Positions 18,265 through 26,964 of a stretch of DNA of 64,000 bases are shown here, piece by piece. Made by a program: the position numbers and the translations under genes. Source of the stretch: Acidobacteriota bacterium (GTDB lineage Bacteria > Acidobacteriota > UBA6911); assembly GCA_965249005.1 (NCBI GenBank), contig CBDFLD010000023.1:559219-623218 (forward strand), written 5' to 3'. The notes beneath the pieces are model-generated. The model saw nothing but the letters and a program-made list of their open reading frames with translations. It ran no database searches and was not told the DNA's origin. Positions within the stretch are counted from its first letter, which is position 1, and every line of letters starts with the position of its first letter.

Positions 18265-19775
18265 CCAAAATACTCGTCCCCAGTTCTCGATTCTCTGCTT
18301 CGTAAAGAACCGGAACGGGACAATCGCCCGTTGCGTAGAGTCCGTCTTGCGCCAGTCGGTCGAAGATTTCGAGCTCGTCGTCCAGGATGGGGCATCGACG
18401 GATGGCACGCTGGAAACCCTACGCCGCTACTCGGACCATCGGATCAAGCTCATCTCGGAGCCGGATGATGGTCCGGAGCAGGGCTTTTTTCGGGGTCTGC
18501 AAAGATGCCAGGGAAAATACCTGGGGATTTGCCAGTCCGACGAGGAGCTCGCTCCCGGCGCCTTGGCATGGGCTCGAAGGCATTTTGATGAGAACCCTCA
18601 GCTCGGAGCAATCTATGGAGATGCGGAGCTAACCGACTATTACGGAAACGGACTCGGCCTGTACCGGCCCGAGGGTCCATTCACGTTCGAGCGATTCGTC
18701 TGCGGCGAGATTCGACCCATTTGGTCGTCATCCTTCTTCCGCCTCGAAGCGGTCCGGCAAAGCGAGGTAAGAGAATCATCGATCCCCTCCGACACGGAAA
18801 TGTTCATGCGGGTGGGAGGTCGCTATGCCGTGGAATACTTCGAGGGAGTTGTTTCGCGGTACGGATTACACCCTTCCGCGTTCTCCTCGAACGAATCGAT
18901 GATCATGGGGACAGATCGAGGCTCGCCTCGACGGGATCTCGCGCATCTTTCATGAAACCCGCGAGGGGCGTCCCAGGGCGCACCTCGAGCGCCGAGCCAA
19001 AGCCAGCTGGCTTCTGTGGTACGCGGAGTGTCTCCTTTGCGTCGAAGCCACGGAAGAGGCCATCGAGCTGCTGAGGAGAAGTCTCCGCTACGTACAGGAC
19101 GACGGGCCGGAAACCGTTTTCTTGGCCCGTGCCAGGTTTCTTTCGGCGCACGTCTACGGCGATCGGAGCAGCGACAGAACTCCCGCTCATCTGCTGAGCC
19201 TCACCTGGAAACGGATTTGTCACGAGATTCGGATCGACGAGACCGAGAAAGCAAAGAAGTTGATCCGTTTCCTGCAGGACTCCCGTCCCCTGAGTCTGGA
19301 TCCCTGGGTAGAGCTCGATCGTTCGGTTTGCGTCGCGAACGGACTCCCGGCCAGGCGCTACGACTGCTCCAAGTACCCGGATCCGCTGAATCTGACGACA
19401 CTTTGGCTGCGTCGACAACTCTTCGCGCGATCCTGTATCAGCGATCCCTTCCGAGACGCTTTGGTTCGAGACATCTACATCTATGGGGGAGGGCAGCTGG
19501 GACACAGCCTCTTTCATGATTTCCGAAACGCGGGAATCCCGATCCAGGGAATCATCGACCAAAAGGCGGAAGAAATACAACAGCCGTGGCACCCGATTCC
19601 GGTTTATTCGCCCGATTCTATCACCACGCAGCTGCCGTCCACTGCAGCTTTCGTGCTTGCCCTCTATCAGCCCCAGCAGGAAATGGCCGCGCTCCAGCGG
19701 CTGGAGGCTCAAGGGGTCGACGCCCGCCAGGTCACTTCCTGGAAAGAGCTCGTCTATGACTCCAGTGAATCTTAG
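18248..19775 (+). pseudogene. GT2 + Rossmann-like-domain glycosyltransferase paralog B, frameshifted
   Basis: N-part 18248-18955 and C-part (frame open from ~18903; listed ATG 19122) are collinear with paralogs A and C. A single +1 shift lies at the GGGG run 18907-18910; removing one G restores ...MGQIEARLD... . Confidence 0.45.
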
Positions 19776-21399
19776 TGCTCCGGTCCATCCGCTCTTTTCG
19801 GTTCAGTGTTATGTGCTCAACCGGAGACAGACCATACGTCGCTGTCTCGAATCCGTATTGTCCCAGGATTACCCGAACATCGAGTTTGTCATCCAGGATG
19901 GCGCCTCCACGGACGGGACACTGGAAATACTCCAACAATACCAGGACGATCGGATCAAGCTGATTTCCGAGCCCGACGCCGGCCCCGAAGAGGCATTCTT
20001 CAAAGCGTTGAAGCGCTGCCGGGGCACCTTCTGGTGTACCTGCTTGTCGGATGAAGCGCTAATGCCGGGCGCGCTGAAGCGGGCAGCCGACGAGTTGCAG
20101 GCTCATCCGGAAGTTGGGGCTATTTACGGGGACGCGCAAGTGATCGATTTCGAGGGCAAGCCTTTGAGAACGTACCGGCCGGCTCCAGATTTCTCATTTG
20201 AGAAATTCTTGATCGGCCAGGTCATGCCGCTGTTTTCGTCCGCGTTCTTTCAGTTGGAAGCCGTGCGGGCAAGCTCCCTCACCGAGGGTCAGAACGCCGC
20301 CGACAGCGAATTGTGGCTAAAAATGTCCGCGCAATATCCAGTCCGCTATGTTCCGGAGACGTTTTCACGTTATGGAGTGGGAGAGACGACCTTTTCCAGC
20401 AACGCGAGCTTGATTCTTCGTCAACTCAAACCCCGGCTCGACGCCATCGACGAGGTGTTGAACGACACGGAAGCCGGGAGGGCCATCACCCACTTGCGCA
20501 AGCGGGCCCACGCAGGAGTACAGCTATGGTACAGCCAGTGCCTCCTCAATCTGGGCGCTTGTCAAGATGGTCTCCAACTCGCCAGAGAGGCTCTCCTGTC
20601 GGACGCGCGTGCAGACACCCTCTATGATTTGTGGGATAAGGCCGCAGGCTTTCAAAGAATCATCCACGCCTTCTCGGGCGACGGGTGCTCCTCCAGTACC
20701 TCTCCCATGGAATTCCTCTATCACTATATTCAAACCGCCGTGGAAAGGAACGAGGTCCAGCGAGCCGCTTCGATCATGAGCTTCGTTTCACTCGCCAACA
20801 ACCAAGATGCCTTTCCCCGCGGCATGTCTCGCCTGTTGCAGGTAATGATGCGCAAGCGGCCTGAACCGTATGCACCCCAAGATCAGAGTGCGTGGGTACC
20901 GACGAACTTGATGTCTCAATATATTCGGCACTTTCTCCAACAGGAGGCGCCGATCACGCTTCCCTTGAAGAAGGCCGGGGTCGAGCGCGTGTTCCTCTAC
21001 GGCGGAGGGGATCTGGGTCGAGTCCTGTACGCCGACTGCCGGAGCAGCGGCTTGACCGTCGCCACTGTCATCGATCAGAGAGGGGAGGAAATCCAGAACC
21101 AGTGGCCCGAGTGTCCGGTTCTTTTGCCCTCTAAGTGGCGTACGGCATACCGGCGGGATGGCGAAAAGCAACGGAACGGTAGTAGCGCGGACGAAGAAAC
21201 CACCGGCAGTGACACTTGTCTTGTGCTCGCGTTGTATGAGGAGAATCAGGAAACATCTGCCCTTGAGACGCTACGGCAAGAGAGTCCGACGCCCCCGTCC
21301 TTGTTTCCGGTAACCATTTCCTGGCGAGAGCTTGTACTCTTCACACACCTCTATCCGAGTTATCGAGATTGCTTCTTAGCGTCGTCACCCCAGCCCTGA
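19756..21399 (+). CDS. family 2 glycosyltransferase with C-terminal Rossmann-like domain (paralog C)
   Basis: MTPVNLSAPVHPLFSVQCYVLNRRQTIRRCLESVLSQDYPNIEFVIQDGASTDGT and a C-terminal LYGGGDLGRVLYADCRSSGLTVATVIDQRGEEIQNQW. Confidence 0.55.
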   Translation: MTPVNLSAPVHPLFSVQCYVLNRRQTIRRCLESVLSQDYPNIEFVIQDGASTDGTLEILQQYQDDRIKLISEPDAGPEEAFFKALKRCRGTFWCTCLSDEALMPGALKRAADELQAHPEVGAIYGDAQVIDFEGKPLRTYRPAPDFSFEKFLIGQVMPLFSSAFFQLEAVRASSLTEGQNAADSELWLKMSAQYPVRYVPETFSRYGVGETTFSSNASLILRQLKPRLDAIDEVLNDTEAGRAITHLRKRAHAGVQLWYSQCLLNLGACQDGLQLAREALLSDARADTLYDLWDKAAGFQRIIHAFSGDGCSSSTSPMEFLYHYIQTAVERNEVQRAASIMSFVSLANNQDAFPRGMSRLLQVMMRKRPEPYAPQDQSAWVPTNLMSQYIRHFLQQEAPITLPLKKAGVERVFLYGGGDLGRVLYADCRSSGLTVATVIDQRGEEIQNQWPECPVLLPSKWRTAYRRDGEKQRNGSSADEETTGSDTCLVLALYEENQETSALETLRQESPTPPSLFPVTISWRELVLFTHLYPSYRDCFLASSPQP

Positions 21400-22448
21400 A
21401 CAGCGTTCGATTCATCCGGGAAACGCTCGACAGCGTCCTGAGCCAGGGTCACGCGCGGATGGAACACATCGTTGTCGATGGAGGCTCCACTGACGGCACC
21501 GTGGAGCTGCTGACCGAATATCGAGATAGATATCCCGAACGGCTTCGTTTTATCTCAGAACCGGATCGTAACAACTGTGACGCCATGAACAAGGGATGGA
21601 GACTGGCGCAAGGAGAAATCCTTTGTTGCATGGGCAGCGACGACATCATGCCGGAGGGAACGGCCGAATACGTGGTTCGCCATTTCCTCAGCCATCCCGA
21701 AGACTCCGTAGTCTACGGCGAGTGCGACATCATCGATGAAGAGGGACAGTACATCGGTAGGCTTGCAACCCGAGATTTTTCTGTCGATCGCTCAGTCAAC
21801 GACTCCACCTGTGTGAGCTTCCCGGCCTGTTTCTATCGCAAACAGGTCGTGGATACGGTCGGACCGGCTTTGATCGAAAGCCTTGTTTGTGACCACGAGT
21901 TTCTGATTCGGGCCGGAAAACAGTATCCCTTCCGTCGTGTCCCGCGAATCCTTTCTCACTTCCGCCTGCACCCTGGGAGCATCACGGGAACATCCTGGAA
22001 CGGCGCTTATGTGGGGGCCATGTACGAAACCAACCGGCTGCACCATGGCCGTCTCACCTCGAGTGTGTGCCGCAGATTTTTTCGCCGGAAGCTTTCGCGA
22101 CTACCATGGGTCGGGAAGCTCGCCGGTGGGCTTCGAAACAGTAGTTCCCACGGAGAGCCGTGGGCCGGGAAAAGAGCCATCATATTCGGAGCGGCGATGA
22201 CCGGTCATGCTTGCCTGGCTGAACTGAGAAAATCCAACAAGGAAGTGCTCTTCTTCATCGACAACTCGCCCCCACCCGGCGGCCGATACTCCGGCCTGCC
22301 CGTCTACCGCCCGGAACACCTCCGCGAGCATCCACACCTGGATTTCGACGTCATTCTATTGGCCACGGGCGGGCGGGACAAGGACATGCGAAACCAACTC
22401 CGAGATCTGGGAATTCAGTCTTCCGTCCTTCGTTATCGGGCAGATTGA
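21369..22448 (+). CDS. family 2 glycosyltransferase with C-terminal Rossmann-like domain
   Basis: TTG start. LSVVTPALNSVRFIRETLDSVLSQ...VVDGGSTDGT GT2 core, with a C-terminal AIIFGAAMTGHACLAEL...VLFFIDN...GLPVYRP. Confidence 0.55.
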   Translation: MLLSVVTPALNSVRFIRETLDSVLSQGHARMEHIVVDGGSTDGTVELLTEYRDRYPERLRFISEPDRNNCDAMNKGWRLAQGEILCCMGSDDIMPEGTAEYVVRHFLSHPEDSVVYGECDIIDEEGQYIGRLATRDFSVDRSVNDSTCVSFPACFYRKQVVDTVGPALIESLVCDHEFLIRAGKQYPFRRVPRILSHFRLHPGSITGTSWNGAYVGAMYETNRLHHGRLTSSVCRRFFRRKLSRLPWVGKLAGGLRNSSSHGEPWAGKRAIIFGAAMTGHACLAELRKSNKEVLFFIDNSPPPGGRYSGLPVYRPEHLREHPHLDFDVILLATGGRDKDMRNQLRDLGIQSSVLRYRAD

Positions 22449-22461
22449 TCATAGGGAAACC

Positions 22462-23484
22462 ATGACGAAAGAAACTCCTACCGCCTTCATCACCGGCATC
22501 ACCGGCATGGTGGGCTCGCATCTGACGGACTTTCTGCTGGCCCACACCGACTGGGAAATCTTCGGCCTCTGTCGGTGGCGTAGTCCGCTCGACAACCTGG
22601 CGCATTTGATTCCCAGAATCGAAAGGAAGGAGCGCGTACAGCTCCTGTACGGAGATCTCAACGACTTCAGCTCCTTGGCCACCGCGATTGCGCGCAGCAA
22701 GCCCGACTATGTCTTCCATCTGGCGGCACAAAGCTACCCGCAAACCAGTTTCTCCGCCCCACTGGAAACCTTGGAAACCAACATCTTGGGCACCTGTCGA
22801 TTGCTCGAGACCATCCGATCTCAACCTGGTTGTGACCCTGTGGTGCACGTTTGCGCATCGTCGGAAGTCTTTGGCAGAGTCCCGAGCGACAGATTACCGA
22901 TTCACGAAGAGTGTTCCTTTCATCCCGCATCGCCGTATGCCATCTCCAAGGTCGGGACAGACCTAATCGGCCGCTATTACGGTGAGGCCTACGGCCTCAA
23001 AGCGGTGACTACGCGGATGTTTACGCACACCGGTCCGCGGCGCGGAGATGTCTTCGCAGAGTCGACCTTCGCCAAACAGATCGCCCTGATCGAAGCCAGG
23101 CACGTGGAACCTGTGCTTCGGACCGGCAATCTGGAATCGTTGCGTACCTGGGCCGACGTGCGGGACGCCGTGCGCGCCTATTACCTGCTGGTGACCACGA
23201 ATCCGGTTCCAGGGGAGTATTACAACATTGGAGGGACGTACTCGTGTACCGTCGGCGAGATGCTCAAGGTGCTGCTCTCGTACTCCAAGGTGCCGAATAT
23301 TGAAGTCAAGCAGGATCCGGATCGCCTTCGTCCACTGGACGCGGATCTTCAGGTTCCCGACACCACCAAGTTCATGGCGAAGACCGGATGGAAACCCGAG
23401 ATTCCTTTCAAGCAGACGATGCAGGACTTGCTGAATTACTGGCGCGATCGTATTCGATCCGGCCAGAAGTTCTTGACCCGTTGA
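22462..23484 (+). CDS. gmd: GDP-mannose 4,6-dehydratase
   Basis: AFITGITGMVGSHL, the YAISK catalytic tetrad region (SPYAISKVGTD), and a TTRMFTHTGPRRG motif characteristic of short-form Gmd. 340 aa. Confidence 0.65.
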   Translation: MTKETPTAFITGITGMVGSHLTDFLLAHTDWEIFGLCRWRSPLDNLAHLIPRIERKERVQLLYGDLNDFSSLATAIARSKPDYVFHLAAQSYPQTSFSAPLETLETNILGTCRLLETIRSQPGCDPVVHVCASSEVFGRVPSDRLPIHEECSFHPASPYAISKVGTDLIGRYYGEAYGLKAVTTRMFTHTGPRRGDVFAESTFAKQIALIEARHVEPVLRTGNLESLRTWADVRDAVRAYYLLVTTNPVPGEYYNIGGTYSCTVGEMLKVLLSYSKVPNIEVKQDPDRLRPLDADLQVPDTTKFMAKTGWKPEIPFKQTMQDLLNYWRDRIRSGQKFLTR

Positions 23485-23548
23485 ACCTCTGACGGGCCTC
23501 CACCGATGGACTCCTAAAGATTACCCTGGGGCGGACGATGAGAGCATC

Positions 23549-23570
23549 AACGGCCTTCGGCTGTTTTTTT
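23549..23570 (+). terminator. weak candidate rho-independent terminator after gmd
   Basis: Short hairpin (AACGGCC-UUC-GGCUGUU with one G-U pair) running into a T7 tract at 23564-23570. It lies in the 110-nt gap before the regulator gene. Confidence 0.3.
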
Positions 23571-23594
23571 CGAGACCTCGTGCTGATTGGATGA

Positions 23595-24278
23595 GTGACC
23601 ATAATGGCTAAGCGGGCTTCTGAAAACCTATACATACGCTCCCCCAAGCGAAATCTCCTCTCCATTCTCAACGCTCTGAGCTCGAATCCGAACCTGACTC
23701 AGGCATCCCTGGCTGAGCTCTGTGATCTATCGGTAGCGATGGTCAACAACTACCTGAAGGAGCTCGACTCCGCAGGGGTAATCGAATATCGTCGCAAAAG
23801 TCTTCGTGTGATCTCCTATCACTTGACGCCGGCCGGAAAGCGCAAGCTCACGGAGGTGCAACAGGACCTGCTGGGTGAAATGATTGGCTTTTACTCGGAA
23901 ACCAAGTCGTGGCTCCTGAACTCGATCGTGGAGCAAGCCGGAAGCCTGCAGCGTGTGTTGCTCTTTGGCACGGGAGAGCTGTGTGAACTGGCTCTCCATG
24001 CGCTGGAATCCGAAGGGATCAAGGTCATGGGGATCTGCGACGAAGCGCCTGACCGGATCGGGCAGGAGTGGTGCGGTCGAGAAATCCTGAACCCCGCGCA
24101 GATTCGATATATCGCCCCGGACGCCGTGGTTATCGTGGATGTTGCCCGGACCGTTGAGATTTACGCCAAGCAACAGCACCTCTTGAGCTCGGGCATTGCC
24201 CTGGTGCGTCTCGACGGGCACCCCTCGGAAGCACCCGCCAGCATCCAGGAAGAAGAACCGACCATGTCCCTCGTCTAG
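23595..24278 (+). CDS. winged-helix (MarR-like) transcriptional regulator fused to a NeuD-N-like Rossmann domain
   Basis: N-terminal wHTH (LTQASLAELCDLSVAMVNNYLKELDSAGVIEYRR) and C-terminal RVLLFGTGELCELALHALESEGIKVMGICDEAPDRIGQEW...AVVIVDV. GTG 23595 or ATG 23604. Confidence 0.5.
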   Translation: MTIMAKRASENLYIRSPKRNLLSILNALSSNPNLTQASLAELCDLSVAMVNNYLKELDSAGVIEYRRKSLRVISYHLTPAGKRKLTEVQQDLLGEMIGFYSETKSWLLNSIVEQAGSLQRVLLFGTGELCELALHALESEGIKVMGICDEAPDRIGQEWCGREILNPAQIRYIAPDAVVIVDVARTVEIYAKQQHLLSSGIALVRLDGHPSEAPASIQEEEPTMSLV

Positions 24279-24519
24279 CCCCGCCCCCCGTTCCTTCCCC
24301 GCCTGCTTCACCCCCCTCTCCTGTTTTCGCGGCAAGGTCCTGCGGTCTCGAAAACGAATTCCAAGAAAACACTACTTTGCAACTCCGGCGGGATCCGTTC
24401 GGGACCCACCCATGGATCTTTGTGGTCATCGAAGCGGGGCAAATCAAACAAAGAAAGTTCTCAACTTTTGGCGAAGCTGTGACGAAAACTAGTACACGCC
24501 AACATGGAGCGCCAGATTA

Positions 24520-24756
24520 ATGAACAACAAACTGAAAAGTCTCATTGCTGATCTGTTCAAGTGCGACGTAAGCGATCTAACCGATGATACGGGACCGGGC
24601 GATATCCCCGGATGGGACTCCCTGGGTCATGTGACGCTAATGGCCGAGATTCAAAAGCAGTTAGGGACTCACGTGCCGGTGGAAGACGCGATCGAAGTCG
24701 AGTCTATCGCCGATCTGGCCAGTCTCTTAGAGCAGCTTCAGGGGCAAGTGACGTGA
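24520..24756 (+). CDS. acyl carrier protein
   Basis: 78 aa, acidic, with a GWDSLGHVTLMAEI phosphopantetheine-attachment DSL motif. Confidence 0.7.
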   Translation: MNNKLKSLIADLFKCDVSDLTDDTGPGDIPGWDSLGHVTLMAEIQKQLGTHVPVEDAIEVESIADLASLLEQLQGQVT

Positions 24757-25520
24757 AGATCGCCGGCAGGAACATCGTCATTACGGGCGGTGCCTCCGGT
24801 CTCGGTTTTGCGTTTGGCGAACAGCTCTATCGGCTACAGGCGCGCGTGTGGTCCTTGGACCGGAATCAACACAGCATTGCAGCCGCAATGGCGGCCCGGG
24901 AAACGAATGGTAGTCACCGCGGCAAACTCGAGTTTCTCTGCTGTGACGTAGGAGACGAAGCTCAGGTCATCGAGACGGTTGCAAGGATCGAGTCGGATTC
25001 AGGAGGAATCGATGTCCTGATCAACAACGCAGCCGTCCTCAGAGACCAATCCCTGGTCAGCCGGCTCCGGAAGAAAATCAAGCAGCACTCCCTCGAAGAC
25101 TGGAACGAAACCCTGCGAAGCAACCTTACCGGGCCCTTCCTGATGACCCGCGAGGTGGCGTCGGTCATGATTTCCGCCAAGCGTCCCGGCATCGTCGTTA
25201 ATATTTCATCCATCTCACGGGCAGGCAACGCGGGCCAGAGCGCGTACTCCGCCAGCAAGGCAGGAATCGACGCACTGACGGCTACCTGGGCTCAGGAGCT
25301 CGCCGTCTACCGCATCCGTGTAGTCGGCCTCGCCCCGGGATTCGTAGAGACCCCCATGACCGAGAGGATCCCGGCACTTTTCTTGGAAGCCATCCGGCAA
25401 AAAAGTCCACTCAAGAGGTTTGGCACCCTGGGTGAGTTCGGGCACACGATACAGTACATCATCGAGAACGACTATCTTCACGGCAAGGTGTTGGAGCTCG
25501 ACGGTGGCCTGCGCTTCTAG
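24753..25520 (+). CDS. short-chain dehydrogenase/reductase (3-oxoacyl-ACP reductase FabG-like)
   Basis: GTG start overlapping the ACP stop (GTGA). ITGGASGLG cofactor motif, NNAA, and the S...YSASK catalytic triad. Confidence 0.7.
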   Translation: MKIAGRNIVITGGASGLGFAFGEQLYRLQARVWSLDRNQHSIAAAMAARETNGSHRGKLEFLCCDVGDEAQVIETVARIESDSGGIDVLINNAAVLRDQSLVSRLRKKIKQHSLEDWNETLRSNLTGPFLMTREVASVMISAKRPGIVVNISSISRAGNAGQSAYSASKAGIDALTATWAQELAVYRIRVVGLAPGFVETPMTERIPALFLEAIRQKSPLKRFGTLGEFGHTIQYIIENDYLHGKVLELDGGLRF

Positions 25521-25545
25521 CCACAGTGTTTCGCCGAACAGGAAA

Positions 25546-26964
25546 ATGTCGACATCAAAAGAAGTTGCCAGAGCAGCCCTATTTGTTTCCTACCACTTCC
25601 CTCCGTGTACCAGCATCGGAATGCGCCGAACTCTACGTTTTGTCCGCGGTATCGGAACGCTGGGGTGGCGTCCGGTCATTCTGACGGTCCGGAACCAGGA
25701 TTACCTGCGAGAGCCCACCGAGGAGATCGCTTGTGATCACATACCCGAGACAGCATCGGTCTACCGGACGCGAGTGAGGCGGCCGCTGGAGCTCGCGCTC
25801 TGCCTGCGCGACCGCTGGCGCCGGCTCACGCGATCCAAAAACCACAGTTCAGGCCAGCAGGCGTCCGGCGCCCAGGGCGACCCGGCTTCCAGTCCTGGCG
25901 CTCGGTCCTGGGTCCAGCGCTGGATCGACCCATGGTTTAGCACCCCGGATGCACAGGTTGGCTGGCTCCCATCGGCGGTGTGGAAGGGTTGGCGCGCGAT
26001 CGGCCCCGAGGGTGTGGCCGTCATTTACAGTAGCGGCCCTCCCTACAGCGCACATTTGATCGCATGGGCGCTGAAGAAGCTTTCGGGCCGCCCCTGGGTG
26101 GCCGACTTCAGGGATCCGTGGAGCCGCCGCCCCTGGGATCAGGATATTGTCAACCGCACGCCCCGCTACCGGGTTCAGGTATGGATGGAAAGAGTGGTCG
26201 TTCTCGCGGCCGACACCCTCATCAGCAATACCCGTGCAATGGGCGAGGATTTTCGCGATCGCTATCCGGACGAGCCGCGGGACAAATTCGTCGTCATCAC
26301 AAACGGCTACGACCCGGAGACGTTGCCAAAGCCAACCCGGGAACCGTCGCAGCAGACCTTCAACATCACGCATACCGGAGCCATCTACGGACGCCGAGAT
26401 GCGAGGCCCATCATCCGCGCCCTGGCCCAGATTCGTGATGCCGGGAACATCCAGCCCGGATTCTTGAATCTGAAGCTCGTGGGCAAACTGGAGGCAGAAG
26501 CCGAGGTCCAGGCGATGATCCAGTCTCTGGATCTGGCTGATTGGGTGACCATTGTTCCTGAGGTCTCCTTCCAGGAGAGCATCCGGTATCTGGCCCGTTC
26601 CCAGGTTTTGCTCGTTTTGCAGCCGGATGCGCCCCTTCAGATACCTGGAAAATTGTTCGAATACATTTATCTCAAAAAGCCGATTCTAGCATTGACGGGG
26701 GAAGGAGCGACGGCCGAGATCATCCGTCAATACAGGCTGGGGGAGGTAGTACCGCCGGATGACCCCGAACGCATCGCAGGGGCCATTGCCCAGCTTTACC
26801 AAGACTCTCACGAGAGTCGCGTCGGGCCGGACGAGTCCGCCCTCAGAGATTTTCATACAGCCACCCTGACGGCCGAGCTGGTATCGGTTTTCGAGTCCGT
26901 GGCCGCGTCGCAACGCAAACCGCTCGTGAGTCCAGCTCCTGAGAAAGTAGTGGAGAATCGATAA
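25546..26964 (+). CDS. family 4 (GT-B fold) glycosyltransferase
   Basis: GT4-like: N-terminal acceptor domain and C-terminal ...E(Y/F)xxxKPILA... donor-binding region (LFEYIYLKKPILALTGEGA). Confidence 0.55.
   Translation: MSTSKEVARAALFVSYHFPPCTSIGMRRTLRFVRGIGTLGWRPVILTVRNQDYLREPTEEIACDHIPETASVYRTRVRRPLELALCLRDRWRRLTRSKNHSSGQQASGAQGDPASSPGARSWVQRWIDPWFSTPDAQVGWLPSAVWKGWRAIGPEGVAVIYSSGPPYSAHLIAWALKKLSGRPWVADFRDPWSRRPWDQDIVNRTPRYRVQVWMERVVVLAADTLISNTRAMGEDFRDRYPDEPRDKFVVITNGYDPETLPKPTREPSQQTFNITHTGAIYGRRDARPIIRALAQIRDAGNIQPGFLNLKLVGKLEAEAEVQAMIQSLDLADWVTIVPEVSFQESIRYLARSQVLLVLQPDAPLQIPGKLFEYIYLKKPILALTGEGATAEIIRQYRLGEVVPPDDPERIAGAIAQLYQDSHESRVGPDESALRDFHTATLTAELVSVFESVAASQRKPLVSPAPEKVVENR

Noticed and set aside
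24283-24325. C-rich/polypyrimidine stretch (GCCCCGCCCCCCGTTCCTTCCCCGCC...) downstream of the regulator gene
   Set aside because: No homopolymer of 8 or more and no clear promoter or structure. It is noted as compositional oddity only, though the promoter of the ACP operon must lie in 24279-24519.
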